Positions 1-9,085 of a stretch of 29,612 nucleotides of DNA are shown here, piece by piece. The stretch is from a virus (lineage: Duplodnaviria; Heunggongvirae; Uroviricota; Caudoviricetes). The position numbers were made by a program, and so were the translations under genes. Location of the stretch: the IMG/VR virus record IMGVR_UViG_2713896904_000009; one strand, 5' to 3'. Position 1 is the stretch's first letter; every line of letters begins with the position of its first letter. Under the pieces are notes generated by a model. It saw only the letters and a list, made by a program, of their open reading frames with translations. It searched no databases and was not told the origin of the DNA.

Positions 1-483
1 ATGACGAAGAAAAAAGCACATAAACCTGGTTCAGCGACCATAGCGCTCAACAAGCGCGCCCGTCACGAATATTTTATTGAAGAAGAGTTTGAAGCGGGGC
101 TTGCCTTGCAAGGCTGGGAAGTTAAATCCTTACGCGCAGGAAAAGCCAATATCAGCGATAGCTATGTCCTTCTGCGCGACGGTGAAGCATTCCTGTTTGG
201 CGCTAACATTACGCCAATGGCTGTGGCTTCCACACATGTAGTGTGCGATCCAACTCGTACCCGCAAATTACTTCTCAACCAGCGTGAACTGGATTCTCTC
301 TATGGTCGCGTAAACCGCGAAGGCTATACCGTAGTGGCGCTCTCCTTGTACTGGAAAAATGCCTGGTGCAAAGTAAAAATCGGCGTCGCCAAAGGTAAGA
401 AACAACACGATAAACGTTCTGATATCAAAGAGCGCGAATGGCAGGTGGATAAAGCGCGTATCATGAAGAACGCCCATCGTTAA
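1..483 (+). CDS. smpB: SsrA-binding protein SmpB
   Basis: 160-aa ORF whose translation ([30 protein letters not shown]...) matches enterobacterial SmpB as I recall it; sits immediately upstream of the tmRNA gene as in E. coli. Confidence 0.95.
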
Positions 484-653
484 ATCTACATAAGTGGCAC
501 TAATCAAATTCTCACCGCGCCTCCCTATCCGGTGGCGCGAATGAGCATCTTGTCGACTATCAAATCTGACACAGATGTAGCCATCCCATTGCTTAATCGA
601 AGAAAAATCATACTATGCAGACGCTAATTCCCGGATGGTAACGCCTTTGGGGC

Positions 654-682
654 TAGTCATTGCGCTTAAAAATCTGATATAC
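654..682 (+). promoter_or_regulatory. putative sigma70 promoter of ssrA
   Basis: -10-like TATACT at 677-682 about 15 nt upstream of the mature tmRNA 5' end, with a weak -35-like TAGTCA at 654-659. Confidence 0.3.
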
Positions 683-697
683 TTAACATTACACATT

Positions 698-1060
698 GGG
701 GCTGATTCTGGATTCGACGGGATTTGCGAAACCCAAGGTGCATGCCGAGGGGCGGTTGGCCTCGTAAAAAGCCGCAAAAAATAGTCGCAAACGACGAAAA
801 CTACGCTTTAGCAGCTTAATAACCTGCTTAGAGCCCTCTCTCCCTAGCCTCCGCTCTTAGGACGGGGATCAAGAGAGGTCAAACCCAAAAGAGATCGCGT
901 GGAAGCCCTGCCTGGGGTTGAAGCGTTAAAACTTAATCAGGCTAGTTTGTTAGTGGCGTGTCCGTCCGCAGCTGGCAAGCGAATGTAAAGACTGACTAAG
1001 CATGTAGTGCCGAGGATGTAGGAATTTCGGACGCGGGTTCAACTCCCGCCAGCTCCACCA
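698..1060 (+). ncRNA. ssrA: tmRNA (transfer-messenger RNA, 10Sa RNA)
   Basis: Begins GGGGCTGATTCTGGATTCGACGGG and ends GGGTTCAACTCCCGCCAGCTCCACCA (tRNA-Ala-like acceptor/T-arm with CCA); about 363 nt, directly downstream of smpB. Confidence 0.95.
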
Positions 1061-1187
1061 ATCATGATTGGACGGTGTAAGGACAACACCAGCAAAAACA
1101 GGAAGTTAGAAGTCTCAGCAGGACACCGACCAGACGGTGAGGGGACAAAAAAGGATACGCAAAGGAGCCGCGGCTCCCGAGTGACAT

Positions 1188-1216
1188 AAAAGCCCGCTTA
1201 CGCGGGCTTTTTGTTT
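1188..1216 (+). terminator. rho-independent terminator-like hairpin
   Basis: Stem AGCCCGC / GCGGGCT with TTAC loop (1191-1208) followed by a T-rich tract TTTTTGTTT. Confidence 0.5.
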
Positions 1217-1483
1217 ATGCTCATTCTCCACACTCAATGCGACCACAAACAACAGCCCACTTTTCTTTCAGTATGGACTGTCACCGTCATGCCAGCCTTT
1301 TAGCCATAACTGATGTAAGCGTCTGCTATGAGCGAGATATAGTCATTCATTTCTTCGTTTCTTCAGAACACCTATATTGTTCTGAGGTGAACATATCACC
1401 TCCGTTCAAGCAACCAAATTCTGTGTGCCATTACAGAAGGATATAATGCCGGGAAACTGTGCGCCGAATGTCAGGTTAGTGCG

Positions 1484-2089
1484 TCATCCCTTCATTAGGG
1501 TTACTAGTTGCCTAAAGTCATCCATATATTCTTGTCCGAACGTTTTAAAATAAGGTTCAAAACGCGTGATAATGTCCGTGATTACTGGTCCCAGAATCGA
1601 CCTGAACTGAGCGATATCAATACGGTTATTTACAACGGAGAAACGGACCTGTTCAAAATAGTTTGAGACCAGAATAACCGACTGTTTGAGCTCCTCATCT
1701 GCTTTGATTCTTTCGACCAGAGCGTTATCACTTAATGATGACCTAGCTTCTTTTATTTCCCGAGTCAATTTCCTGGCCGAGAAAAGATGAGGGTCATCCC
1801 ATTTTTCAATCAGGCGAAACGTATTCTCAATTTTTTCTGCCATCCTGCTTTCCACTGCGTTTGTAGCATTGATATACAGTGGCAGTATGACACCGAGTCC
1901 ACCTAGACACAGGGAGACGGTTTTCGTGACCTCAATAAATACACTACTGCCTAAAGGGGGGGGACTATTATATGCAATCATGGCAAGCCCCCCAGTTCCA
2001 ATAACGCAAAGAATGATGATTACCCAGAATAAATGCCATTTGTATTTCAAGTGAGGCTCCTGCCAGAAATGATGTAACTTTACGGTCAC
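1484..2089 (-). CDS. hypothetical inner-membrane protein (two predicted N-terminal TM helices plus about 120-aa soluble domain); att-proximal moron
   Basis: 201-aa ORF with a GTG start at 2089 and no clear SD; an alternative ATG at 1981 is preceded by GGGGGG. Hydrophobic segments WHLFWVIIILCVIGTGGLAMIAY and VSLCLGGLGVILPLYI. No catalytic motif recognised. Confidence 0.55.
   Translation of the reverse strand: MTVKLHHFWQEPHLKYKWHLFWVIIILCVIGTGGLAMIAYNSPPPLGSSVFIEVTKTVSLCLGGLGVILPLYINATNAVESRMAEKIENTFRLIEKWDDPHLFSARKLTREIKEARSSLSDNALVERIKADEELKQSVILVSNYFEQVRFSVVNNRIDIAQFRSILGPVITDIITRFEPYFKTFGQEYMDDFRQLVTLMKG
1956..1963. repeat. G8/C8 homopolymeric tract inside the membrane-protein ORF
   Basis: Eight consecutive G on the plus strand, read as CCC CCC CC (Pro-Pro-Pro) in the minus-strand ORF. 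Confidence 0.9.
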
Positions 2090-2402
2090 GCCGGGGATAT
2101 TGTCATTTCAGTTTGTCAGACTGGTGTGCCGGCCTATTATTATTGTCGGGAAGATCATGAGATGGCAAGAGATGAATATCAGTGATGGGAGACATTAAAA
2201 ACAGTTATGTAGGGCGAAACTGAGCCAGTACTGGGAAACTGGAAACGTCTTTCAAACTCCTTACGGCGAGATCTGGCGTTACTGCTAGATCATTATGAAT
2301 GTGTCAGTAATCCATCAAAATCTTTGCGAATGTATCCATTTCTTTCAACTTGAGCAGATAGCACGATGCCTTAAGGCTGTTTATTTATACAGTTTAAAAT
2401 AA

Positions 2403-2422
2403 TACTGTATATAAAAATAGTA
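2403..2422. promoter_or_regulatory. putative LexA (SOS) box upstream of the dinI-like gene
   Basis: TACTGTATATAAAAATAGTA fits the CTGT-N8-ACAG consensus with one mismatch (ATAG for ACAG); lies 12 nt upstream of the dinI-like start and overlaps an AT-rich -10-like region. Confidence 0.45.
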
Positions 2423-2434
2423 TAGGGTGTTTTT

Positions 2435-2683
2435 ATGCGTATTGAGATCTGCATAGCCAAAGAGAAAATGACTAAACTGCCAAACAGTGCTGTGGATGCG
2501 TTAAAGGGAGAATTAACCCGACGCATCAGTAAGCGTTATGACGATGTAGAAGTGATCGTAAAAGCCACCAGCAATGATGGGCTTTCTATTACACGCACCG
2601 CAGATAAGGATTCTGCAAAAACTTTTGTTCAGGAGACTCTGAAAGATACCTGGGAGTCTGCTGACGAGTGGTTTGTTCACTAA
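2435..2683 (+). CDS. DinI-like damage-inducible protein
   Basis: 82-aa ORF starting [11 protein letters not shown]... and ending ...[11 protein letters not shown], matching the DinI family signature (MRIEV.IAK ... ETWESADDWF) as I recall it; typical prophage cargo. Confidence 0.85.
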   Translation: MRIEICIAKEKMTKLPNSAVDALKGELTRRISKRYDDVEVIVKATSNDGLSITRTADKDSAKTFVQETLKDTWESADEWFVH

Positions 2684-2751
2684 TTAGCACGTAAAATCTG
2701 TAACGGCTGGAAATCATTCAATACTCGCACTATCGGAAGTTCACCAGCCAG

Positions 2752-2966
2752 CCGCAGCACGTTATTGCGTACAACGTGTCTGCGGCATACCACAAAACGA
2801 TTACTCCATAACAGGGACTGCAGGCCACTCAATATCCGGTGCTACTGATATATCAACTCGGTTCAGCAACACCCGATATGTCTTCCATGCCGCCAGTAAC
2901 GATGTCTCCTCCTCCGTCGCAATATCCAAATCTACGGCATCCTGAAGTGGCGCAATATGCTCACTG
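2752..2966. repeat. direct repeat copy 1 (tail-fibre-assembly 3' end plus downstream hairpin)
   Basis: About 215 bp roughly 85 percent identical by eye to 3803-4016; includes inverted repeat CCGCAGCACGTT-N9-AACGTGtCTGCGG (2752-2785). Confidence 0.7.
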
Positions 2967-3070
2967 AATTCCTGGATGAAGAACTGTGTGGTGACGGTCT
3001 TCCAACCATTCGGCTCCTGCTGTATCGAAGAATACCAGACTATTTCAATATCGCTATGCCGTGGCATCAT
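2801..3070 (-). CDS. short tail-fibre-assembly-like protein (conserved C-terminal domain only; possible remnant or alternative chaperone)
   Basis: 89-aa ORF; last about 54 aa ([45 protein letters not shown]) closely parallel the C-terminus of the full Tfa at 3850-4434; N-terminal 35 aa are unique. Confidence 0.55.
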   Translation of the reverse strand: MMPRHSDIEIVWYSSIQQEPNGWKTVTTQFFIQEFSEHIAPLQDAVDLDIATEEETSLLAAWKTYRVLLNRVDISVAPDIEWPAVPVME

Positions 3071-3126
3071 TTAACCCCTTGTAATTCATCGCAATAATTG
3101 ATTTAATTCACAAATAAAACTATAAC

Positions 3127-3795
3127 ATGGTGAAATTAATGAAAAAAAACACAGATGATGGGGCTAAAATTTACACACCACTTACCCTAAAGCTTTATGA
3201 CTGGTGGGTTTTGAGAGTATCAAATCGGCTTGCATGGGGATGTCCTACAAAGGAACACCTTCTTCCACACTTTCTGGAACATTTAGGTAACAACCATCTG
3301 GATATTGGTGTTGGAACTGGGTTTTACCTTACTCACGTACCTGAGAGTAGTCTGATATCTTTAATGGATTTGAACGAAGCTAGCCTGAACGCGGCATCTA
3401 CAAGGGCAGGGAAATCAAAAATTAAACATAAAATTAGCCATGATGTTTTTGAACCTTATCCCGCGGCGTTACATGGTCAATTTGATTCCATTTCCATGTT
3501 TTACCTTCTTCACTGCCTGCCTGGAAATATATCTACAAAAAGCAGTGTAATACGCAATGCGGCGCAGGCCTTAACTGACGATGGAACTCTATACGGAGCC
3601 ACAATTCTTGGCGATGGAGTTGTGCACAATAGCTTCGGTCAAAAACTGATGCGCATTTACAATCAGAAAGGCATCTTTTCAAACACAAAAGATTCCGAAG
3701 AAGGCTTAACACATATACTCTCAGAGCATTTCGAGAATGTTAAAACCAAGGTTCAAGGTACTGTAGTAATGTTTTCCGCTTCAGGAAAAAAATAG
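3127..3795 (+). CDS. class I SAM-dependent methyltransferase (substrate unknown); moron
   Basis: 222-aa ORF with a Rossmann motif-I-like LDIGVGTGFY; AT-rich relative to the flanking tail genes; opposite strand to the late operon. Confidence 0.65.
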   Translation: MVKLMKKNTDDGAKIYTPLTLKLYDWWVLRVSNRLAWGCPTKEHLLPHFLEHLGNNHLDIGVGTGFYLTHVPESSLISLMDLNEASLNAASTRAGKSKIKHKISHDVFEPYPAALHGQFDSISMFYLLHCLPGNISTKSSVIRNAAQALTDDGTLYGATILGDGVVHNSFGQKLMRIYNQKGIFSNTKDSEEGLTHILSEHFENVKTKVQGTVVMFSASGKK

Positions 3796-3802
3796 CATTC
3801 AA

Positions 3803-4016
3803 CCGCAGCACGTTCTTGCTTAAGACTTGCTGCGGCATAATCCCAATGATTACTCCCTGACAGGGTTCGTAGGCCACTCAATATCAGGTGCAGTTGATGT
3901 ATCAACACGGTTCAGCAACACCCGATACTTTTTCCAGGCTTCCAGTAACGATGTCTCCTCCTCCGTCGCAATATTCAAATCTACGGCATCCTGAAGTGGC
4001 GCAATATTCTCACTGG
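3803..4016. repeat. direct repeat copy 2 (tail-fibre-assembly 3' end plus downstream hairpin)
   Basis: Homologous to 2752-2966; includes inverted repeat CCGCAGCA-N17-TGCTGCGG (3803-3835) between the convergent methyltransferase and tfa genes. Confidence 0.7.
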
Positions 4017-4434
4017 CTACCCGCATTAGGCTGTTTTTTGTTTCTTCCGCCTCCCGTATCCGAAACAGTTTTTCTGCTTCTGCATCTTTCACCCAAATTA
4101 TGCCGTTCCACTTCTGATATTCCCCATCCGGCGACAACCAGGTGACATTTTCCGGTAACGGGCCGAGTTCAGAAATAAATAACGCGTCCCCTGATGCCAC
4201 GTCATAGACCGTTTTTTCCCTGTGGTCTTCAACGAGATGCCATGATGTATCCTCACTGTTAAAAACAGCCACGAAGCCAGCCGGAATATCTGGCGGTGCA
4301 ATATCGGTACTATTTGCAGGCAGACCTGTATGAGGGGGAATGTATGCATCACCTTCACCAATAAATTCATTGGTTCCGGCCAGCAGATTATAAATTTTTA
4401 TAGTCCGTGGTTGTTCACTCATTCTGAATGCCAT
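3850..4434 (-). CDS. tail fibre assembly protein (Tfa chaperone)
   Basis: 194-aa ORF starting [17 protein letters not shown] with conserved Tfa C-terminus; start ATG overlaps the stop of the upstream fibre gene (TAATG). Confidence 0.85.
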   Translation of the reverse strand: MAFRMSEQPRTIKIYNLLAGTNEFIGEGDAYIPPHTGLPANSTDIAPPDIPAGFVAVFNSEDTSWHLVEDHREKTVYDVASGDALFISELGPLPENVTWLSPDGEYQKWNGIIWVKDAEAEKLFRIREAEETKNSLMRVASENIAPLQDAVDLNIATEEETSLLEAWKKYRVLLNRVDTSTAPDIEWPTNPVRE

Positions 4435-6122
4435 TATGCAAGCCTCACAATATAGTTAAATGCGATGTTTTTGACGGTGTTTTCCGCGTTACCAGCAGCG
4501 TTAACGGTGATGGTGTGTCCATGTGCACCCAGCGCCACAGTGTGTGCATGGGCACCAATACCTACGGTGTGGTTATGCTGACCAATATCGACTGTATGGG
4601 CGTGTGCTCCGTCAGAGCTTGACACCTGGTTGGTTCCTGACACCTGAACACGTTGTTTACCCCCAATGGAGTCACCACCGTAACGACCACCGACAGTGTG
4701 CGTATGCGCTCCTGTATTGTTTGTCGTTTTTGTGCCGTGGTTAAACGTGCTGACTGTTTTTGTCCCGTAATCAAACGAACTGGTTGTTTTCGTACCCAAA
4801 TCCGTACTGGATGCACTGGCACTGTGGGTATGCGATTTAATGCCGTCCTGTTCCTGAGACAATACAGCGCGACCACTGGCGGGTTTGCCCTTAATTGTCC
4901 AGCCACGCATATCAGGGATCACACCAGATGGGTAAGCTGCTGCAAGCAGGGGATAGGCAGCCTTGTCAAAAGTCTGCCCCTGCATAATCGCATAACCTTC
5001 CGGAACTATGTCCGAAGGCCAGGCTATTGGTGCCCCCACAGGAAAAGCATTAACAGGTTCAAATCCCCGTTCAAATCCATACCCATCACGGGATGAGCGG
5101 TAATAAAGCCCTCTGTTTTTATAATCCGCACGTAGCTGAAATGACCGGCAACTCCCTACACCACTAAAAAAATGAGCAACGATATATGAAGCGCCGCCGT
5201 CCATGACATTGTAAAGACCGCTTTTTGCGTTCCATGGCACCCCACCATCTGAACTCGGATACTGACCTGTACACCCAAGAGAAAAAGCATTTACATCTTC
5301 AGGTGATAACTTAATGTCAGATGACAGCGCGTGACCATTAACCTTACGTCCTGAGGGCACACGCCCGTTTGCATTGTCATTAGCAGCTTTCACTGCTTTC
5401 GGAGTCGCGGCAAGCGTTTCAGAGTCACTGTTAGTGGCGCTGCTTAACTGAACAATCCCTTTTCGTGCCGTGGTGGCGTCCTGTGCAGTGTATTTGCCAT
5501 CAGCAAGGTCATATGCTGTCTTAACCGCCTTTGATGTCGCTGCCTGTGTCTCACTGGTGCTGTTCACCGCACTGTTCAGTTGCACCAGACCTTTTTGCTT
5601 AGTCGTGGCATCCAGAACACCAAGAGACTCGCGGGATTCTTTTTGCGCGCCAGCTCCGCGCGCTTTTATTTCCTTCAGGTTCTGGTCAATGCGCAGAAAA
5701 AGTCCGTCTCCCGTTGCCACATTTAACGTGATGTTTGAGGTGTCAGATACAGCAAGCCGGAACTGCATATTGACACTGACACCGCCAACCGGTTTGTCAA
5801 TCGCCGGGCAGTTCGCCACGGCATACAATTCCCCTCCATCAGTCATCAGTCCCACTTCGCGGACTTTAAAACCTCCCGTTCCCGTTGGTAGCACAATTCT
5901 GGCCATGAGCTGTGTCGGCAGTTCCGGTGATACCACCAGCTCTGCAATATCTCCACGGTAGGTTTCATTAACAAGCTGCGTTTGTGCCGGATCGGGTTTC
6001 AGCGGTTTGCCATTACTGTCGCCAACCACAAACTGTGTCAGAATAATCTGGCTACCACTGGCAAGCGCTTCCGCCTCCAGTTCTTTTCCCCGGTTAGTAA
6101 TAATTGAATAATATTCAGCCAT
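4434..6122 (-). CDS. tail fibre protein (P2 gpH / Mu S-like N-terminus, His-rich C-terminal receptor-binding repeats)
   Basis: ATG at 6122 ([23 protein letters not shown]...), 2 nt after the gpI-like stop. Internal repeats ([31 protein letters not shown] / [31 protein letters not shown]) and C-terminal [21 protein letters not shown] repeats. Confidence 0.85.
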   Translation of the reverse strand: MAEYYSIITNRGKELEAEALASGSQIILTQFVVGDSNGKPLKPDPAQTQLVNETYRGDIAELVVSPELPTQLMARIVLPTGTGGFKVREVGLMTDGGELYAVANCPAIDKPVGGVSVNMQFRLAVSDTSNITLNVATGDGLFLRIDQNLKEIKARGAGAQKESRESLGVLDATTKQKGLVQLNSAVNSTSETQAATSKAVKTAYDLADGKYTAQDATTARKGIVQLSSATNSDSETLAATPKAVKAANDNANGRVPSGRKVNGHALSSDIKLSPEDVNAFSLGCTGQYPSSDGGVPWNAKSGLYNVMDGGASYIVAHFFSGVGSCRSFQLRADYKNRGLYYRSSRDGYGFERGFEPVNAFPVGAPIAWPSDIVPEGYAIMQGQTFDKAAYPLLAAAYPSGVIPDMRGWTIKGKPASGRAVLSQEQDGIKSHTHSASASSTDLGTKTTSSFDYGTKTVSTFNHGTKTTNNTGAHTHTVGGRYGGDSIGGKQRVQVSGTNQVSSSDGAHAHTVDIGQHNHTVGIGAHAHTVALGAHGHTITVNAAGNAENTVKNIAFNYIVRLA

Positions 6123-6678
6123 GAGACTCCCCGGCAAAAATATCCACATCGATATGTGCTGTCGTCGCACCTGAAATATAAAAAGCGCCATCCATCCCGA
6201 TATTCGCCAGAACATCTATTTTGCTCAGATGACTGCGCAGGTTTTTAGCCCGGTCAGTAAGCTGACGAATCTGGTGATACAGTGCATCGCTGACGCCCTG
6301 ACTGCTGTGAACTTCAATCCGGAATGTGTAGGGTGCAGCCTGCGGTGAATCCTGCCACCACTCCACGACAGTGGTCGGCAGGTTTACCGCCCCCAGAGAA
6401 CGCCTGACCGCACCCGCCGTTCCCCGGTGCTGGTGCACGTAAGCGGCGTCCTTAATCACCTGGCGCTTTTGTGTCTCTGTCCAGCTGTCATCCCAAAAAT
6501 CGACGGCATGTTCCCACGCAAGCCACGGTAAAAGATGTGCCGGGCAGCTGGCCGCATCTTTCACCTTACGCACCATGTTGGTATCCAGTGCGATGATGTG
6601 TTCTGTCGTCGCCTGCTCCTGCGCCCGTTCTTCATGAAATGCGCCCGGCGGCAGCAGGGAGCGAAATTTATCCGTCAT
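6115..6678 (-). CDS. baseplate/tail protein, P2 gpI-like
   Basis: 187 aa; motif [18 protein letters not shown]...KRQVIKDA...[10 protein letters not shown] parallels P2 gpI (LLPWLAW..VD.WD..W...KR.VI.DA..H.KGT.GA.RR) as I recall it. Confidence 0.85.
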   Translation of the reverse strand: MTDKFRSLLPPGAFHEERAQEQATTEHIIALDTNMVRKVKDAASCPAHLLPWLAWEHAVDFWDDSWTETQKRQVIKDAAYVHQHRGTAGAVRRSLGAVNLPTTVVEWWQDSPQAAPYTFRIEVHSSQGVSDALYHQIRQLTDRAKNLRSHLSKIDVLANIGMDGAFYISGATTAHIDVDIFAGESHG

Positions 6679-7588
6679 GGCTACTTACCTCCCTGCGGGT
6701 GACGTTGATGGCAGTACACCACGGTGCTTTTCCGGCTTCGGCTTCCAGATCAGCCACGGGGGAGATCAGTCTGACGCGAACCACACCGGATTGCTGTAAA
6801 GCGGCATAGATGGCAGATAACGGCACCACGGTGTTAATCCGGTGAGACAGCATGGTGTAGGACTGCAAGGCTTCAATGGCATTGTTCAGAACTGTCGTGG
6901 CGTCCGGGCCGTCCGGGATCTCCAGTTCAGCCGTGATGGCATAATTTGTGATGGTGGCGCTCTTCACCGTCACGTAGTCTGTCAATGGACGGATTTCATC
7001 GGCATTCAGTGTGCTGTTAACTTTATCCAGCAGTGTTGCAGCTGCTGTTCCGTCTCCCGTACGGGAAAGCACATACACATCAACACACCCCGGGCGGCTG
7101 TGTGTTTCGGGGCCATAAGCTTCAGCATCCAGCACATCGGTATCCGCCGATTTCGCATGGAAGCGGTAAGCGTTGCGGGCACCCGCCGTATTTAGCTGTG
7201 CCCAGGACAACTGAATACGTTCACGAAATGCGCCGTCATCTTCCAGTTCCACTTCGACGGGGGGAACGGCATCCGGATCACCCGGTCTGATAACCTGGCG
7301 TTTAACATTGAAGGCAGCGCCAATCTGATCAAGGTCTGCGCCTCTGGCGCTGGCAAGAAATACTGCCCGCACTGCATCATTGACACGCTGAAAGGCCAGC
7401 GTCAGCTGATATGCATTCACCTCTCCCTGTTTAAACGCCGGATCGGACTCTACCAGCGCATCAAACTGCGGATCCAGCTCCTGCAGACGTGCCAGCCATC
7501 GGGAGAAAATCTCTGCGGCATCCGGCACTACAAGCGCATCAGGAACAGCGAGTTCCGACAGATTGATCACATCATAACTGTTGGGCAT
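6668..7588 (-). CDS. baseplate assembly protein, P2 gpJ-like
   Basis: 306-aa ORF between the gpW-like and gpI-like genes with overlapping start/stop coupling; size and position match the baseplate J family. Confidence 0.75.
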   Translation of the reverse strand: MPNSYDVINLSELAVPDALVVPDAAEIFSRWLARLQELDPQFDALVESDPAFKQGEVNAYQLTLAFQRVNDAVRAVFLASARGADLDQIGAAFNVKRQVIRPGDPDAVPPVEVELEDDGAFRERIQLSWAQLNTAGARNAYRFHAKSADTDVLDAEAYGPETHSRPGCVDVYVLSRTGDGTAAATLLDKVNSTLNADEIRPLTDYVTVKSATITNYAITAELEIPDGPDATTVLNNAIEALQSYTMLSHRINTVVPLSAIYAALQQSGVVRVRLISPVADLEAEAGKAPWCTAINVTRREVSSHDG

Positions 7589-7925
7589 TTAGCGTTATTT
7601 CTCCTGTTCTGACGGGTAAGCCGTCTTCTTTGTTGATCCCTTCGATATCCAGAACACAACCGGATTCGCCCGCCGGGAAGGTGACCATCACCCGCGTCAC
7701 CTTTAAACGCGGCTCCCAGCGAGCCAGTGCAGTCGCTGAAGCGGCGATTATCCGCAGACGCGTCAGGTCATCCCGTGGGTTATCCAGCAACGAAAACAGT
7801 TCACTGCCATAGTCACGGATCAGCACACGACTCCCGACGGGCGTGGTCAGAATGTCCCGGACAGACTGGCGCAAATGCGCCACGCCAGACAGACGTTTGC
7901 CTGTCCGGCTGTTTACACCGTTCAT
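7572..7925 (-). CDS. baseplate wedge protein, P2 gpW / T4 gp25-like
   Basis: 117 aa; ILTTPVGSRVLIRDYGSELFSLLDNP parallels P2 gpW ILRTPVGSRVMRRDYGSLLASMIDQP as I recall it. Confidence 0.85.
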   Translation of the reverse strand: MNGVNSRTGKRLSGVAHLRQSVRDILTTPVGSRVLIRDYGSELFSLLDNPRDDLTRLRIIAASATALARWEPRLKVTRVMVTFPAGESGCVLDIEGINKEDGLPVRTGEITLNAQQL

Positions 7926-7965
7926 GATGATTTTCCGTTACAAAAGCGCCGGATGGCGCGATGGA

Positions 7966-9084
7966 TTAACCGAAGTAAGCCGGACCAGTTTTATCCTGTT
8001 GCTTCGATTTTTTTGCTGATTTTTGTGGTTTGTGAATATCCACCACCAGATTGCAGGTATAACTGAATCCGGCAGCGGTCAGTGAAAAGACCAGCGACTC
8101 AACCACCCAGGCTCTGTCTTCCCGGGTACCAAATCCTGAGGTTGCCCCCCCTGCTTCTGCCGTCAGGGGAATATGCTGTGGTCGGCAGGGGCCGGTGAGC
8201 GTCATTTTCTGCTCATTCCGTCTTGCCTGTGTTTTTCGTGCTTTCGCCTGCTTCTCTGCCGTATCCTTTTCTGACTGGGTATACGGGTTGGTCATTGCCG
8301 GTCCGTCATGTTCGACCGCTGCGGTTTTTGTCCTGCCATCCACTTCATCGTAATAGCGAACCCCGATTTTCTCTTTTGCTTTACCCCCGCTTTCCGTGAC
8401 TTTACCCGTGGAACTCCCCCGCTCACCTTCACTGTATGACCACGTTGTCACGTCTGCAGGCGTAATGGTGATACTGTCAATCTGTTTACCGGAAACTGTC
8501 GCTGTCGCCCCCTGCGGCAGAAAAAGCCAGTAACCACCGGAAGGTTTACTCACCGCGTTGTAGATGCGGGCAAGCCGGGACAGCAGGTTAGCATCAGATT
8601 CAGCCACCTGGTCGATGTGGTTAATGTGAATATCTTTCAGCGCGGCAGCGACTCTGGGGATCAGGCCATTATCGGTGGCCACGGTTTTCACCACATCCTC
8701 CAGACGAATGTTATCCCAGCTTCGTGTTTTCTGACTGGTGACGTCACCGGGTTGCTTGCGTGCATTCATGGGCGCTGCGGTGGCATAAATTTCAATGCGC
8801 CTCGGTGGCCCACTGCTGGCAACTCCGCTGACAACAAACCAGCCTTTATCGACAAGCTGCTCATTAAATCCCAGCGCAACCTGTAGTCGCGCCCCTCTGG
8901 GCGGAAGTGTCAGCGTTTCAGAAAGCAGGGTAATTTTCAGTTCATCGGCTCTGGCGGTCGCGCCACCGTAATCTGTCAGCGTCAGTTCAGAAAGGCATTG
9001 CTCAAGTATGCGGGTAATATCTTTCCCTTCTGCCTTTATGCGGAATGCTGGCGCATATTCAGGAGTCATCGTCTGAGAAACCAT
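7966..9084 (-). CDS. tail protein, P2 gpD-like (late control D family)
   Basis: About 372 aa from ATG 9084 (1 nt after the gpX-like stop); position after U and X-like genes and size fit the gpD family. Confidence 0.75.
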   Translation of the reverse strand: MVSQTMTPEYAPAFRIKAEGKDITRILEQCLSELTLTDYGGATARADELKITLLSETLTLPPRGARLQVALGFNEQLVDKGWFVVSGVASSGPPRRIEIYATAAPMNARKQPGDVTSQKTRSWDNIRLEDVVKTVATDNGLIPRVAAALKDIHINHIDQVAESDANLLSRLARIYNAVSKPSGGYWLFLPQGATATVSGKQIDSITITPADVTTWSYSEGERGSSTGKVTESGGKAKEKIGVRYYDEVDGRTKTAAVEHDGPAMTNPYTQSEKDTAEKQAKARKTQARRNEQKMTLTGPCRPQHIPLTAEAGGATSGFGTREDRAWVVESLVFSLTAAGFSYTCNLVVDIHKPQKSAKKSKQQDKTGPAYFG

Positions 9085-9085
9085 A

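Noticed and set aside
1237-1446. 69-aa plus-strand ORF just downstream of ssrA
   Set aside because: No SD, sits in the terminator and junction region, and the translation is low-complexity; more likely non-coding.
2801-3070. Treating the 89-aa tfa-like ORF as part of an invertible tail-fibre switch (Gin/Pin/Cin-type)
   Set aside because: The two tfa-homologous segments are direct, not inverted, repeats, and no invertase gene is present in the window.
4098-5961. Several ORFs overlapping the tail fibre and tfa genes on either strand (4098-4370, 4523-4744, 4562-4906, 4653-5096, 5470-5961)
   Set aside because: Shadow ORFs inside well-supported structural genes; Cys/Arg-rich translations typical of off-frame reading in GC-rich DNA.
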